64,000 nucleotides of DNA from a bacterium (GTDB lineage: Bacteria; Hinthialibacterota; Hinthialibacteria; Hinthialibacterales; Hinthialibacteraceae). Below are positions 53,126 to 64,000 of the stretch, piece after piece; the stretch's first letter is position 1; every line of letters begins with the position of its first letter. The stretch is taken from NCBI GenBank assembly GCA_963663405.2, contig CAXXSM010000106.1, forward strand, positions 22,678 through 86,677, given 5' to 3'. The notes beneath the pieces were generated by a model. The model was not told where the DNA came from, did no database searches, and saw only the letters and a list, made by a program, of their open reading frames with translations. The translations under genes were made by a program, and so were the position numbers.

Positions 53126-56100
53126 ATGTTTGCGAAATTCTTCGTCGCGCGTCCCCGTTTCGCTATTGTTATTTCCGTCGTGCTGACGCTTGCAGGAGCG
53201 TTAGCTTTAGGATCGTTGCCTGTCACTCAATACCCAGAAATTACACCTCCGGAAATCCGGGTTTCCACCCGATATCCCGGCGCTGGTTCAGATGTTATTG
53301 CTGATACGGTCGCCGCGCCGCTCGAAGAAGAAATGAACGGCGTAAATGATATGATTTATATGTCTTCCCAAAGTGATGACTCGGGGAATTATGAATTGAC
53401 CGTGACATTCGCTGTGGGGACTGATCTAGACATAGCGCAAGTGCGGGTACAAAACCGGGTACAACAAGCGCAATCAAAACTGCCCCAGGAAGTGACCCGG
53501 CAAGGGATAGAAATCAGCACCCGGTCATCCGGTCAACTCGGGATTTTCTTTTTCCAATCCCCGGGGGGAACGCATGACCGCTTTTATATAAGCAACTATG
53601 TGCACAATCATATCAAGAATGTGTTAAACCGTATTCCTGGAGTCGGCTCCATCATTGTTTTTGGGCCCGAATCCAGTATGCGCGTCTGGCTCGATTCCGA
53701 TCGCATGGCTGCCTTGGGACTGAGTCCGAATGATATTGTCACCGCCATTGAAAACCAGAATCTTCAAGCCTCTCTAGGATCGGTCGGCGCTTCGCCTGGA
53801 AACGAAAATTTGCCGCTCGCTCTTTCGATTCAAGCCAAAGGCCGCTTGAACGAACTTGAAGATTTCCAAGAGATTGTTGTCGCAGCAAACTCAAAAGGCG
53901 CTTTAGTTCGTTTAAAAGATATCGGCCGGGTTGAAATGGGGGGGAATCAATACATTGATGAAGCCTATGGGAATGACGCTCCCGGCGCGGGGATCATGTT
54001 GAATCAGACTCCTGGGACAAACGCCCTGGACGCCATGGACGCCGTCTATAAAGAATTGGAGCGTCTTGAAAAACAGTTCCCGGAAGACTTTGAATATATT
54101 GTTTTGTATGACGCCACGGAATTTGTCCGTATCAGCATTCAAGAAATCATTACGACGCTCTTCATTACCTTTATCCTTGTGGTTTTGGTCTGTTATATCT
54201 TTCTTCAGGATTGGCGCGCGACATTAATTCCGACGTTGGCGATTCCTGTCTCTCTCTTATCGACTTTCGCTGTCTTCATGGTTTTCGGGTACAGCATCAA
54301 TCTCCTTACGCTTTTTGGCTTGATTTTGGCTATCGGCGTGGTTGTTGATAATGCTATTATCGTGGTCGAACGGGTTATCCATTTGATGCAGGAAGAGGAT
54401 CTCGATCCAGCAACCGCCACGATACAAACCATGCAGCAAGTTACCGGCGCCATTGTGGCGTCCACATTGGTTTTAATGGCTATTTTCGTTCCTATTGGTT
54501 TTGTCGCTGGAATTACAGGGAGCATTTACCGCCAATTCGCTGTCGCTATTTCCTCGGCGGTCCTGTTTTCGATGATTACGGCGTTGACTCTAAGTCCAGC
54601 GTTAAGCGCGACCCTGCTGCGGATTCCAAAACCGAAGAGACATGGACCATTGGCTTGGTTTAACAGCGTTCTGAATCAAAGCAAAAAGGGATACATTTCT
54701 CTCTCTTCCTGGTTGTCTATGCGCTTGTTGATTGCGGGGCTTTGTCTTCTTCTTGTGATCGCGGGTACGGCTTTGCTTTTGACCAGTATGTCAACCTCAT
54801 TTATTCCCGATGAGGATCAAGGTGTGATCTATTTCGCATTACAACTTCCTGAAGGATCCAACCTCGCTCGGACTCGGCGGGTTGTAAAAAAAATTACTCC
54901 TTGGGTATTAAACACGCCAGGAATCCACAATGTTGTGGGGGTAAGCGGATTCAGTTTAATTGGTGGCCGGGGTGAAAATATGGGATTTATGGTCGCCACA
55001 TTAGACCACTGGGATGAACGAACGGATACAAATCTGAGCATTTCCTCTATTTTACAAAAACTTCGTCAACAATTGGGAGAGGTTCCGGAAGCGAAAATCA
55101 ATTTGTTTACTCCACCCCCCATCAGAGGACTCGGTACAACCGGCGGTTTGGAAATTCGCCTTCAATCAATCGAGGAAAACGATCCGCAGAAATTAGAGTC
55201 CAATTTGCGGGGATTTTTAGCGAAGATCAACCAAGCGCCGGAAATTATGTTCGCCTTCTCCTCCTATGAGGCCAATACGCCTCACTTGTTTCTCGATCTC
55301 GACCGGGAAAAAGCGGAGTCTATGAATGTGCCTGTCGCAAGTGTCTTCGGAACAATCCAATCGTATCTCGGTTCGAGGTATATCAATGATATCAACTTGG
55401 GGAGTCAAGTGTATCAGGTCAATGTCCAGTCAGATTGGGAGTACCGGAAGAATATAGAGGATATTAAACGGATTTATGTGAAGAGTTCGACTGGCGCGAT
55501 GGTTCCAATCAATAGTCTCGCCACAATCCGAACCATCGCGTCACCCCGTCAGGTTGAACGGTTCAATCTGTTTCCCTGCGCTTCCATTACCGCTTCGGCT
55601 CCACCATTCATCAGTTCAGGACAAGCGATGGCGGCGATCGAGAACTTGGCGAATCAATTCTTACCATCGAATTACACAATCGCATGGTCGGGCATGAGTT
55701 ACCAAGAGAAAAAGACAGCGAGTCAAGGCATGGCTCTTATGGTGATGGCTCTTGTGTTCGGCTATCTCTTCCTGGTTGCGCAGTATGAAAGTTGGACCAT
55801 TCCCATTTCCGTAATTCTGTCCCTGCCGGTGGCTATCCTTGGCGCTCTAATTGGATTACAGCAGACCGGATTGTCTTTGAGTGTATACGCGCAGTTGGGA
55901 TTGATCATGTTAGTCGGTATCGCCAGTAAAAACGCCATTCTGATTGTGGAATTTGCGAAAGAACAACGGGAGAGCGGCCGATCCATTGTAGATGCGGCGG
56001 CCATAGGAGCCAGCGAACGGTTTCGGGCCGTCTTAATGACCGCTTTTACCTTCGTCCTGGGCACGTTGCCTATGGTTTTCGCATCCGGCGCCGGCGCGGC

Positions 56101-56227
56101 CAGCCGGCAAGCCATTGGAGTCACTGTCTGCGCGGGAATGACCGTCGCGACTGTCTTCGGGATTTTTCTCATTCCCGCTTTGTATGTCATGTTCCAAACG
56201 ATTCGTGAAACGATCAAAAAATCCTAA
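53126..56227 (+). CDS. RND efflux inner-membrane transporter (AcrB/HAE1 family)
   Basis: [48 protein letters not shown]. Confidence 0.96.
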   Translation: MFAKFFVARPRFAIVISVVLTLAGALALGSLPVTQYPEITPPEIRVSTRYPGAGSDVIADTVAAPLEEEMNGVNDMIYMSSQSDDSGNYELTVTFAVGTDLDIAQVRVQNRVQQAQSKLPQEVTRQGIEISTRSSGQLGIFFFQSPGGTHDRFYISNYVHNHIKNVLNRIPGVGSIIVFGPESSMRVWLDSDRMAALGLSPNDIVTAIENQNLQASLGSVGASPGNENLPLALSIQAKGRLNELEDFQEIVVAANSKGALVRLKDIGRVEMGGNQYIDEAYGNDAPGAGIMLNQTPGTNALDAMDAVYKELERLEKQFPEDFEYIVLYDATEFVRISIQEIITTLFITFILVVLVCYIFLQDWRATLIPTLAIPVSLLSTFAVFMVFGYSINLLTLFGLILAIGVVVDNAIIVVERVIHLMQEEDLDPATATIQTMQQVTGAIVASTLVLMAIFVPIGFVAGITGSIYRQFAVAISSAVLFSMITALTLSPALSATLLRIPKPKRHGPLAWFNSVLNQSKKGYISLSSWLSMRLLIAGLCLLLVIAGTALLLTSMSTSFIPDEDQGVIYFALQLPEGSNLARTRRVVKKITPWVLNTPGIHNVVGVSGFSLIGGRGENMGFMVATLDHWDERTDTNLSISSILQKLRQQLGEVPEAKINLFTPPPIRGLGTTGGLEIRLQSIEENDPQKLESNLRGFLAKINQAPEIMFAFSSYEANTPHLFLDLDREKAESMNVPVASVFGTIQSYLGSRYINDINLGSQVYQVNVQSDWEYRKNIEDIKRIYVKSSTGAMVPINSLATIRTIASPRQVERFNLFPCASITASAPPFISSGQAMAAIENLANQFLPSNYTIAWSGMSYQEKKTASQGMALMVMALVFGYLFLVAQYESWTIPISVILSLPVAILGALIGLQQTGLSLSVYAQLGLIMLVGIASKNAILIVEFAKEQRESGRSIVDAAAIGASERFRAVLMTAFTFVLGTLPMVFASGAGAASRQAIGVTVCAGMTVATVFGIFLIPALYVMFQTIRETIKKS

Positions 56228-56262
56228 ACGATCCACTCTCATCTATAGGAGGAGATGTCCCG

Positions 56263-57765
56263 GTGAGAATCAATGTACTTGTTATCTTACTTATATCTAT
56301 ACTCATAGCCGGTTGCGCGGCGACCGGTACCCGCTATTCGCCGCCTGACGTTGTGGAGCCGGGCTTCTCGGATGTTTTACAAAACGGAACCGATGCGGCT
56401 TCTGGTGAACAAGGCGCCATCACTCCGGAAATGTTGGCCGATTGGTGGCACTCATTGAACGATCCCATCTTGACCGAGTTGATTCATAACGCTTTGGAAG
56501 GGAATCTCGATCTGAAAGAGGCCAAAGCCAGTGTGCAAGAAGCGCGCAGTCTTCTGGGGATCAGCCGGGCGGGATGGTTTCCGTTCCTGGATGTTGGCGC
56601 CGCTTATGAAAAAAGTAGTTCAAGTGACAATATGATTTTCAGCACCGGTGAGAATGATACGTATCAAGCCGGATTTGACGCTGCGTGGGAAATTGATATC
56701 TTCGGTGGAGTGCGCCGAGGTGTGGAAGCCGCGCAAGCCGATCTTCAAGCGCGGCGGGAAAACCTTAAGTCGGTATGGGTTTCTCTCACAGGTGAGGTGG
56801 CTCAAAGTTATATCGCATTGAGAACCTATCAGAAGCGGCTGCTGGTCGCGGAAACAAATTTGGAAAATCAGATTGAAACGTATGAGATCTTGCAGTCAAG
56901 TTTTAAGGCCGGTTTGATCGATGAACTAGATGTGCAGCAAGCCCGGTACAACTTGGAGAGAACCCGGTCAACGATTCCTGCAATTCGCAGTGGATTGGAA
57001 TTGAACAAAAACGCGTTGGCGGTGCTGACGGGAACCATGCCGGGAAATCTTCATTCACTCTTGCAGGACCGGAAGCCCATCCCCGTCTCTTCATTAAGAA
57101 TCATTACCGGGATTCCGGCGAACACGCTGCGTCAAAGGCCTGATATTCGCGCGGCGGAACGGCGCCTGGCTGCGCAAACCGCTCGCACTGGCCAAGCGAA
57201 AGCGGATTTGTACCCGAAATTCACTCTCATTGGTTCCATCGGTCTGGAATCCATCGATTCCTCTTCGTTCTTTTCATCGGCCAGCGCCGCATGGAATATA
57301 GGCCCTAAAATTACTTGGCCAATTTTCCATGCCGGATCTATTCGCAACAATATTCAAGCCCAGACCGCCATCCAAGATCAATTGCTGGCGGTTTATGAAA
57401 AAACCATTCTTGACGCGATAAAAGAAGTCCGTAACGCCCTTGTGGATTACGCGGAAGAACAAAACCGTCGCCATTCCTTATCGGCGGCGGTTCAAGCGGC
57501 CCAAACCGCTGTGGGACTTGCGCAGGATAAATATAAAAATGGACTGGTCGATTTCAACAATGTATTGGACGCGCAACGATCTTTACTCTCTCTCGAAGAT
57601 CAACTCGCCCTTAGCGAAGGCGCGATTTCGACAAACCTTGTTCGATTGTATAAAGCGCTCGGTGGCGGTTGGGGTGTGATGGATGACGATGAATCCCCTG
57701 AACCTGCTGAGGCGCCGGATTCAACTATCATTCAAGCTTCGGACTCACAAGTAATGACGAAATAA
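56263..57765 (+). CDS. RND efflux outer-membrane lipoprotein (NodT/OprM family)
   Basis: Lipobox IAGC, WWHSLNDP, WEIDIFGG, RPDIRAAE, LYKALGGGW. Confidence 0.95.
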   Translation: MRINVLVILLISILIAGCAATGTRYSPPDVVEPGFSDVLQNGTDAASGEQGAITPEMLADWWHSLNDPILTELIHNALEGNLDLKEAKASVQEARSLLGISRAGWFPFLDVGAAYEKSSSSDNMIFSTGENDTYQAGFDAAWEIDIFGGVRRGVEAAQADLQARRENLKSVWVSLTGEVAQSYIALRTYQKRLLVAETNLENQIETYEILQSSFKAGLIDELDVQQARYNLERTRSTIPAIRSGLELNKNALAVLTGTMPGNLHSLLQDRKPIPVSSLRIITGIPANTLRQRPDIRAAERRLAAQTARTGQAKADLYPKFTLIGSIGLESIDSSSFFSSASAAWNIGPKITWPIFHAGSIRNNIQAQTAIQDQLLAVYEKTILDAIKEVRNALVDYAEEQNRRHSLSAAVQAAQTAVGLAQDKYKNGLVDFNNVLDAQRSLLSLEDQLALSEGAISTNLVRLYKALGGGWGVMDDDESPEPAEAPDSTIIQASDSQVMTK

Positions 57766-58412
57766 ACTCATTGAGTAGATTTTTGGATTGTATCCGCATA
57801 GACATTTGTTGTATTCCAACTTATATTTTTTCCTTATTTAGTTTTCCATCCTGTTTATTCTTGTCCTCCCTGTTGAATAAAACTTAAAAACATCTTAAAT
57901 CGAAAAATACGGGCTTTGCTCCGGTATAAATGCGAGATCTTTTTGTCCTTTTTTCATGGCTTTGGATAATTTCATTTCACGGAGGATTTATCAAATAATG
58001 ATTATATGATATAACATTAAATGTTATTAAAAATAATATGAAATACGATGTCTTTAGGTATTACGCTTTTTTCCATATTTTTTTCTCTTGTTACTACATT
58101 TTTCGTATACAATAGAGAAAAATGGCTACAATTGATTGCCGTTTTTTCGTAAAAATATCATCATTTTGAGTGCAAATAAAAATAAATAAGACTCGTTAGT
58201 AATAAATAATTTGTGTTTATCGCAAAAATAAAATATGATGATTTTAAAATGCTTAATATTTGTAGTGTCTTCTTGTTTTATGATAAAATAATCTGCAAGG
58301 CTCTGGATTTGTATTAGAAGACCATTCTCATGATAGGTTCTTAAATTATTGGATCGTTCGCATGTTCTTATGGGGTAAATGTCCACCGTTATTAATAGTG
58401 ATCATATATGTG

Positions 58413-58490
58413 AATGAGTTTTTGAAATTTACTCATCCGTGATTTCTCCCGCAACTCATTTTCATTTGCGCATAATGATCTCAATCATGA
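58413..58490 (+). promoter_or_regulatory. conserved upstream element with Fur-box-like sites, copy 2
   Basis: Ungapped match to 41233-41310, immediately upstream of the TonB-dependent receptor. Confidence 0.6.
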
Positions 58491-58498
58491 GGTTTTAG

Positions 58499-60745
58499 AT
58501 GAAAATATATTTATTTTTGTTCATTGCCGTAGCGCTATATTCTGTAAATGCGCGAGTAGCGCAGACGCAAGAGTCAACGGACGAACTCTTCGATTTAAGT
58601 CTGGAAGAGTTTCTTGACGTCGAAATTGTGTCTATTTCTAAAATCAAGGAAAAAGCGTCGATTGCGCCGGGAACGGTGTACGTCATCACGGGTGAAGAAA
58701 TCAAACTGTATGGAATTCGCAACCTGCAAGAAGCGCTGGCGTATGTGCCTAGTGTGTATCTGTACGATCCTCATAGTTGGGTATGGGGAGGCCAGCGAGG
58801 ATTTGTTTCGAATTTTTCCCAAACTCTTTTATTGGTGAATGGGCGGGAATTTAATAATATCATCGCGGGGGAGGGATTCATCAGCCGACAATTTTCGACA
58901 TATAACATTGAGCGAATTGAAGTAGTCCCTTCTCCTATGTCCGCGTTGTATGGCGCCAACGCGTTGGCCGGTGTAATCAATATTATCACAAAAGATGGAA
59001 ATCCTGATTTTAATGGTGTCGAAGTCTCGATGGAAGTAGGCAGCTATAGTACGCTATCAGAAGATATACTTTTCGGCGCGCCAATCGGTGATCTAAGTTT
59101 GAAGGGGAGTGTCCGACGCTACAACAGTAACGAGGAGGATTATCTAGATTTCGTACGGGATACGGAGCGCTATTCAAAAGGTTGGGTGAACGCGCAGGAC
59201 GCGAATCCCTTTATCACGCAATATGAGAATCCCTCCACCTCAACGGCGTTGAATCTACAATTGGATTATAAGTCATTTTATCTTGGAGGGAATTATTATC
59301 GGAACGAACAGTCGCATGGACTGGAAAAACTGCGCTGGAATTATACCGATGGTCAGGATGAAAGAGATTTCTCACTCCTGTATGGTGGTTACGATGGCAG
59401 GATTAACGACTCGATGCGTCTGAAATTAGAATACCAGCATTACCGATCGTATCTGTGGGGCGTCTATCACGCGGGTTTATGGCCAGGTTCAAAGTTGCAA
59501 ACGCCAGATGGGGCCGAAATTTATCAATTCCCTGATGAAGTCATTACATCCTCCGGCGATGTTCTTCACGGTTTGGATGAGATTACCGCCTATTACCCCA
59601 GTTTTTACGATTATTTGACCGATCAGAATGTTCTTGATCCAGCTACGATAACGGCCGCGGATATCGAAACGTATTTCAATCATATCTACACCAACAAAGA
59701 AAGTCGGGGCAACACACGAGACCGGTTTGATCTGCAATGGACTTGGGACCTAAGTGATCGAATATCGTTAAACACAGGTTATATGTTCGATCATATTGAC
59801 TGCGCCGGGCTTGCGGTGATGGATGGTTGGATTGGAACGGGCGCTCTTTTTAGTACGTCAATTGATTACTCCAAACGGGATTCAGTGTACCGGAGTGATA
59901 AACATGGAGTATTTTCCCAAATTAATCTCGAACTGCTTGAAGAGCAATTATACCTCAGTGGCGGCGCCCGTTACGACGAGCAAAATCACTACGGCAGCAC
60001 AGTGAATCCACGCGCCGGCCTGGTTTGGCGGCCGGTGAAAAGCGATGTCTTTAAATTTATATATGGTGAAGCGTTTCGGGAACCGAACGTGTTTGAATTG
60101 GCCAGTAATCCTCAACTGGAACCATCGAAACTTCGCTCATATGAACTGAGTTATTCTCATAGTTTTGGTGACATTGCACAGACGCATCTTACTGTCTACC
60201 ATAACGCCGTTGATGATTATCTGGATACAGTAGGATCAATTATTGGGAGCGGTGTAGAGACGATTGATGAGCAAACCGTACAAGGTTTGGAAGGACGTTT
60301 GGATTTACGGTACGGTCCGATATTAACATTTATCAATGGAGCCTATATCTTCAACGCCGAACAGAAAATCGAAGTTCCCAGCACAGGGGAATTGGAAACC
60401 TTTGACCTATTGAATCTTCCGGAAGCGAAAGCCAATTGGGGAATTAGTTATTTGTTCAATCCACATTATTCACTCAGTCTTTTATCCAGTTATATTTGGC
60501 CATACGACGCGTTGAGCGGTAATCCATCGATCTCGGAACCGTTTGAAATCCCCGCCTATTTTACGATGAAGATGACATTCAACGCGTCCGGTTTCAAAAT
60601 GAATTATGTGACCTGGGATTGGTTTATTACTGTCAATAATTTGTTGGATCGAAAGAATTATCACCCAAACATCCGCCGATCCGGGCCTCATATGTTTTTA
60701 CAGGATGGACGCGGTATCTACGCGGGGATTACTGCGAGATTTTAA
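58499..60745 (+). CDS. TonB-dependent receptor
   Basis: LFDLSLEEFLDVEIVSISK, IERIEVV, ALYGANALAGVINIIT, NPQLEP, VNNLLDRK, C-terminal ARF. Confidence 0.92.
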   Translation: MKIYLFLFIAVALYSVNARVAQTQESTDELFDLSLEEFLDVEIVSISKIKEKASIAPGTVYVITGEEIKLYGIRNLQEALAYVPSVYLYDPHSWVWGGQRGFVSNFSQTLLLVNGREFNNIIAGEGFISRQFSTYNIERIEVVPSPMSALYGANALAGVINIITKDGNPDFNGVEVSMEVGSYSTLSEDILFGAPIGDLSLKGSVRRYNSNEEDYLDFVRDTERYSKGWVNAQDANPFITQYENPSTSTALNLQLDYKSFYLGGNYYRNEQSHGLEKLRWNYTDGQDERDFSLLYGGYDGRINDSMRLKLEYQHYRSYLWGVYHAGLWPGSKLQTPDGAEIYQFPDEVITSSGDVLHGLDEITAYYPSFYDYLTDQNVLDPATITAADIETYFNHIYTNKESRGNTRDRFDLQWTWDLSDRISLNTGYMFDHIDCAGLAVMDGWIGTGALFSTSIDYSKRDSVYRSDKHGVFSQINLELLEEQLYLSGGARYDEQNHYGSTVNPRAGLVWRPVKSDVFKFIYGEAFREPNVFELASNPQLEPSKLRSYELSYSHSFGDIAQTHLTVYHNAVDDYLDTVGSIIGSGVETIDEQTVQGLEGRLDLRYGPILTFINGAYIFNAEQKIEVPSTGELETFDLLNLPEAKANWGISYLFNPHYSLSLLSSYIWPYDALSGNPSISEPFEIPAYFTMKMTFNASGFKMNYVTWDWFITVNNLLDRKNYHPNIRRSGPHMFLQDGRGIYAGITARF

Positions 60746-60773
60746 TCATGCGAATTATGAAGGCAATAGCTTG

Positions 60774-61328
60774 ATGAAACCAGTTGTGATTCTTTGTTTT
60801 ATTCTGTTGGCTGTAATGACTTTTGGAAACCTGGAAGTCAATTCTCAAGTCGACGAGTCTACCATGAAGGCTGTCGCCGTTGAAAAGATCGTCCGTTTTT
60901 TGGAATGGCCGAAAGGCCATCCTATTACTAAAAGGGAAAGCCCATTCATCATTGGCACAATTGGGGAATGTCCATTTGGGGAGAAAGCCGCGGCGATTTA
61001 TGAAAATCGAAAGATCAAAGGTTTGTCCGTCCAAGTCCGTACGGTTTCGAAACTGGAGGAAATTAACCAATGCCATCTCTTGTATATCACACCGGTCAAA
61101 CCAAGTGAGTTGAAACAAATTTTAGCGGAAACAAGAAACCAGCCGATTCTCACGTTCAGCAATACACAGGGGTACGCGGAGCAAGGTGTGTTAGTCAATT
61201 TTTATATTGAAAATAAGAAACTACGGTTTGAAATCAACGAAGGTGAATTCCACAAGGCGGGAATCACCATCGATTCGCTCTTATTGAAAGTCGCCAAGAA
61301 TGTCAATCCGGTTCGAAAGATGGAATAA
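60774..61328 (+). CDS. yfiR: YfiR family (DUF4154) periplasmic protein
   Basis: [42 protein letters not shown]. Confidence 0.85.
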   Translation: MKPVVILCFILLAVMTFGNLEVNSQVDESTMKAVAVEKIVRFLEWPKGHPITKRESPFIIGTIGECPFGEKAAAIYENRKIKGLSVQVRTVSKLEEINQCHLLYITPVKPSELKQILAETRNQPILTFSNTQGYAEQGVLVNFYIENKKLRFEINEGEFHKAGITIDSLLLKVAKNVNPVRKME

Positions 61329-61330
61329 TC

Positions 61331-63517
61331 ATGTTGCGCGTTCTTTCAATTAAATACAAACTGGTTTGTATTATATTCGGTATTAGCGCGATTACGTCTC
61401 TGATCGGTTTCGCGTTTATTTTTTATATCAATTTGGCCGGTTTTAAAGAGGATTTAAAGAATAAGGCCGATCTCGGCGCCCGGTTGGCCGGTCAATACTG
61501 TGTCGTTCCGTTGACATTTCAATACCAAGAGGAGGCGTCGCAGGCGCTGGAAAAACTGTCCGCCATCCCCGATGTTCTCAATGCCTGCATTTTTGATGAA
61601 GAGGGGAAATTATTCGCTGCCTATAACCAATCCGAAGAAACTGCAATGGAATTCCCTCCTATCCATTCTGAGTCAAGTGAATACAAAGACGGATTTCTTC
61701 ACTTATACCATCCAATTGTGTATCAGGGCATTGAGTACGGCACGATTTACTTGCGTGTTTCGACGGTGAAGTTGGATCAAAAGGTTTGGAATCATATCTC
61801 ATTACTTGCGCCCCTGCTCTTATTACTCCTGATTCTTTCCTATCTTCTGGCGACTCAAGTGCAGCGGTTGATTTCCGGCCCTATCATTGAACTATCAAAA
61901 GTCACAAAAGAGATCGGGCAGAAGATGGATTATTCGATTCGAATTGAACATCAAGGAACGGATGAAGTCGCCACGCTGTATAAGAATTTCAATTCGATGT
62001 TCGATCACATTCAAGCGTTAAACAACGAATTAGAAGACCGTGTTAAAGAGCGGACGATAGAACTTGAAAAGACTAATCAAGAGTTGATCCGCGCAAAAGA
62101 AGCGGCGGAAGCGGCGAACCGGGCCAAGAGCGTGTTTTTGGCGAACATGTCGCATGAAATCCGTACGCCCATGAATGCGATCCTTGGATTTTCACAATTG
62201 TTACAGCGTCAATCCAATCTGGATTCTGAACAGCGGGACTACCTGAATACGATTAACCGGAGTGGTGAGCATTTACTGGCTTTAATCAATGATATTCTGG
62301 AGATGTCGAAGATTGAAGCCGGCCGGATTACATTCAATCCATGCGCGTTCGATCTTCACGGATTGCTGGAAGACTTGGAAGTGATGTTCCGGGTCCGGAC
62401 GAATGCGAAAAGACTGCATTTAGATGTTGAGCGATCCAGCAAACTGCCTCGCTGTATTGTCACTGATGAAGGGAAACTGCGCCAAGTGCTAGTCAACCTG
62501 CTTGGTAACGCGGTCAAGTTTACTGAGAAAGGGGGCATCGCATTACGGATCGGGATTAAGCAAGACGATCCGGAAGATTTACGCTTGATCGTTGAGGTGG
62601 AAGACACCGGCGTGGGGATTGCCCAAGGCGAAATTGATACGCTCTTCGAAGCGTTCCAACAAACGGAAAGTGGGGTGAAGTCGGAAGGCGGCACCGGTTT
62701 GGGATTGGCGATCAGCAATGAATTTGTTCATCTCATGGGAGGAGAGATCACCGTTACCAGCCAAGTGGGGAAGGGAAGCGTTTTCCGGTTCGAAATTCAG
62801 ATCGAGGAGGGGGAAATTCAGGATGAAGGAGAAGCGGCTTCCCATCCTCGCGTGGTTGGATTGCGGACCGGCGCTGGAGAATATAGAGTTCTTGTCGTCG
62901 ATGATAAAGAACTCAACCGGACACTCCTGTCCAAGATGTTGACGTTGGTCGGCTTCCAAATTCGGGAAGCGGGAAACGGTCAAGAGGCCATCGATCTTTT
63001 TTTGACTTGGAATCCCCATATTATTCTTATGGATATCGTTATGCCGGTTATGGATGGTTATGAAGCCACGAAAAAAATTAAAGCCACTTCAAAGGGAAAG
63101 GAAACTCCTATTATCGCTGTCAGCGCCAGCGCGTTTGAAGAGGACCGGGAAAAAGTGACTCAAATGGGCGCGGATGATTTTCTCCGAAAACCATTCAAAG
63201 AACATGAACTCTTCGATCTGTTGAAAGCGTATCTCGATGTTGAATACATTTACTTCGACGATGCGGCGCCGGGTTTCGAGTCTTCTGAAAACATGGAAAC
63301 GATCGCGCCGGATTCTCTTTCAAAGGTTCCCCTTGATCTTATACAACAGCTGAAAACAGCCATTACAAATGGGTATATCAACCAAGTTAATGAATGCATC
63401 GAACGTATCCGGGAATACAATGGCATAGCCGCAGATACTTTGCAAAGTCTCGCCGAACACTATGAATATGAAAAAATGACAGCCTTGTTTGAATGCGTAG
63501 AGAATCAAGATGTTTGA
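61331..63517 (+). CDS. hybrid sensor histidine kinase (periplasmic domain, HAMP, HisKA, HATPase, REC)
   Basis: [50 protein letters not shown]. Confidence 0.95.
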   Translation: MLRVLSIKYKLVCIIFGISAITSLIGFAFIFYINLAGFKEDLKNKADLGARLAGQYCVVPLTFQYQEEASQALEKLSAIPDVLNACIFDEEGKLFAAYNQSEETAMEFPPIHSESSEYKDGFLHLYHPIVYQGIEYGTIYLRVSTVKLDQKVWNHISLLAPLLLLLLILSYLLATQVQRLISGPIIELSKVTKEIGQKMDYSIRIEHQGTDEVATLYKNFNSMFDHIQALNNELEDRVKERTIELEKTNQELIRAKEAAEAANRAKSVFLANMSHEIRTPMNAILGFSQLLQRQSNLDSEQRDYLNTINRSGEHLLALINDILEMSKIEAGRITFNPCAFDLHGLLEDLEVMFRVRTNAKRLHLDVERSSKLPRCIVTDEGKLRQVLVNLLGNAVKFTEKGGIALRIGIKQDDPEDLRLIVEVEDTGVGIAQGEIDTLFEAFQQTESGVKSEGGTGLGLAISNEFVHLMGGEITVTSQVGKGSVFRFEIQIEEGEIQDEGEAASHPRVVGLRTGAGEYRVLVVDDKELNRTLLSKMLTLVGFQIREAGNGQEAIDLFLTWNPHIILMDIVMPVMDGYEATKKIKATSKGKETPIIAVSASAFEEDREKVTQMGADDFLRKPFKEHELFDLLKAYLDVEYIYFDDAAPGFESSENMETIAPDSLSKVPLDLIQQLKTAITNGYINQVNECIERIREYNGIAADTLQSLAEHYEYEKMTALFECVENQDV

Positions 63518-63611
63518 ACGTCAAGACGCAAAAGGCGCTTCTCAATTCAAGAGGGATTTATGGCGCCGGCTGTTCAACCGTTGATTACGACGTTCTGTTA
63601 AAGGTAAGACT

Positions 63612-64000
63612 ATGGCTTATTCAACAGCAAGTGGGAATCGCTACATATTATACATCTTCAAATGGGCGCGCATACTATCCTTATGGATAGGATTCTTTTT
63701 TGTTTTTCCCACAGACGCTTGGGTGGATGATTACTTAGTGCGGCGGCATTGGAACTCTACGGACGGATTAGGAGAATCGTACATTCGGCATGTCAGTATA
63801 GGGCCTTCGGGAAACGTTTACGCCGTTCATGGTACGATAAACACATTCAGTTTTTTGGATGGCTTTTCCGTCCGTACTCTATCATGCTCCACGGATATTG
63901 GCGCTGTGTATGAAGATCCGGAAGGAAATCTCTGGTCGACTAACTCGAATGGATTACAAGTATATCACAATGACGACTGGATTCATTTTGCGATCCCAGA
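63612..64000 (+). CDS. 5' part of a beta-propeller sensor-type protein running off the window
   Basis: Open frame MAYSTASG...RHWNSTDGLGESYIRHVSIGPSGNV...LDGF...YEDPEGNLW, resembling the propeller start of the 6092-10320 kinase. Confidence 0.7.
   Translation, partial: MAYSTASGNRYILYIFKWARILSLWIGFFFVFPTDAWVDDYLVRRHWNSTDGLGESYIRHVSIGPSGNVYAVHGTINTFSFLDGFSVRTLSCSTDIGAVYEDPEGNLWSTNSNGLQVYHNDDWIHFAIP

Overview
Chromosomal window from a diderm, probably anaerobic bacterium. The C-terminal V-x-x-W protein tails and repeated secreted domains suggest a candidate-phylum lineage such as Sumerlaeota/BRC1 or Hinthialibacterota/OLB16 (inference only). Many otherwise intact genes are split by single-base frameshifts, mostly in homopolymers, consistent with uncorrected long-read errors. 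From left to right the window holds: a hidden ribbon-helix-helix gene, ridA, malQ and a GH31 glycosidase; a beta-propeller NarL-type two-component system with a palindromic operator array and secreted proteins; an AT-rich block of large secreted proteins next to tRNA-Ala, preceded by a decayed copy of that promoter; etfB/etfA plus a membrane Fe-S oxidoreductase; tRNA-Leu followed by an island remnant with nested ISL3/IS4 insertions; an S9 peptidase; a NitT/TauT ABC transporter plus porin; VIT-vWA and FG-GAP proteins; a Tat-exported nitrilase-family enzyme; an RND pump; and a TonB receptor-YfiR-hybrid kinase operon. The top finding is three tandem c-di-GMP-II-like aptamers (35731-35977, minus strand) with covarying stems and variant ligand-pocket nucleotides. 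A 13-bp anti-Shine-Dalgarno helix competes with two P1 stems, so the array appears to control translation of a pilin-like secreted protein now disrupted by IS4.
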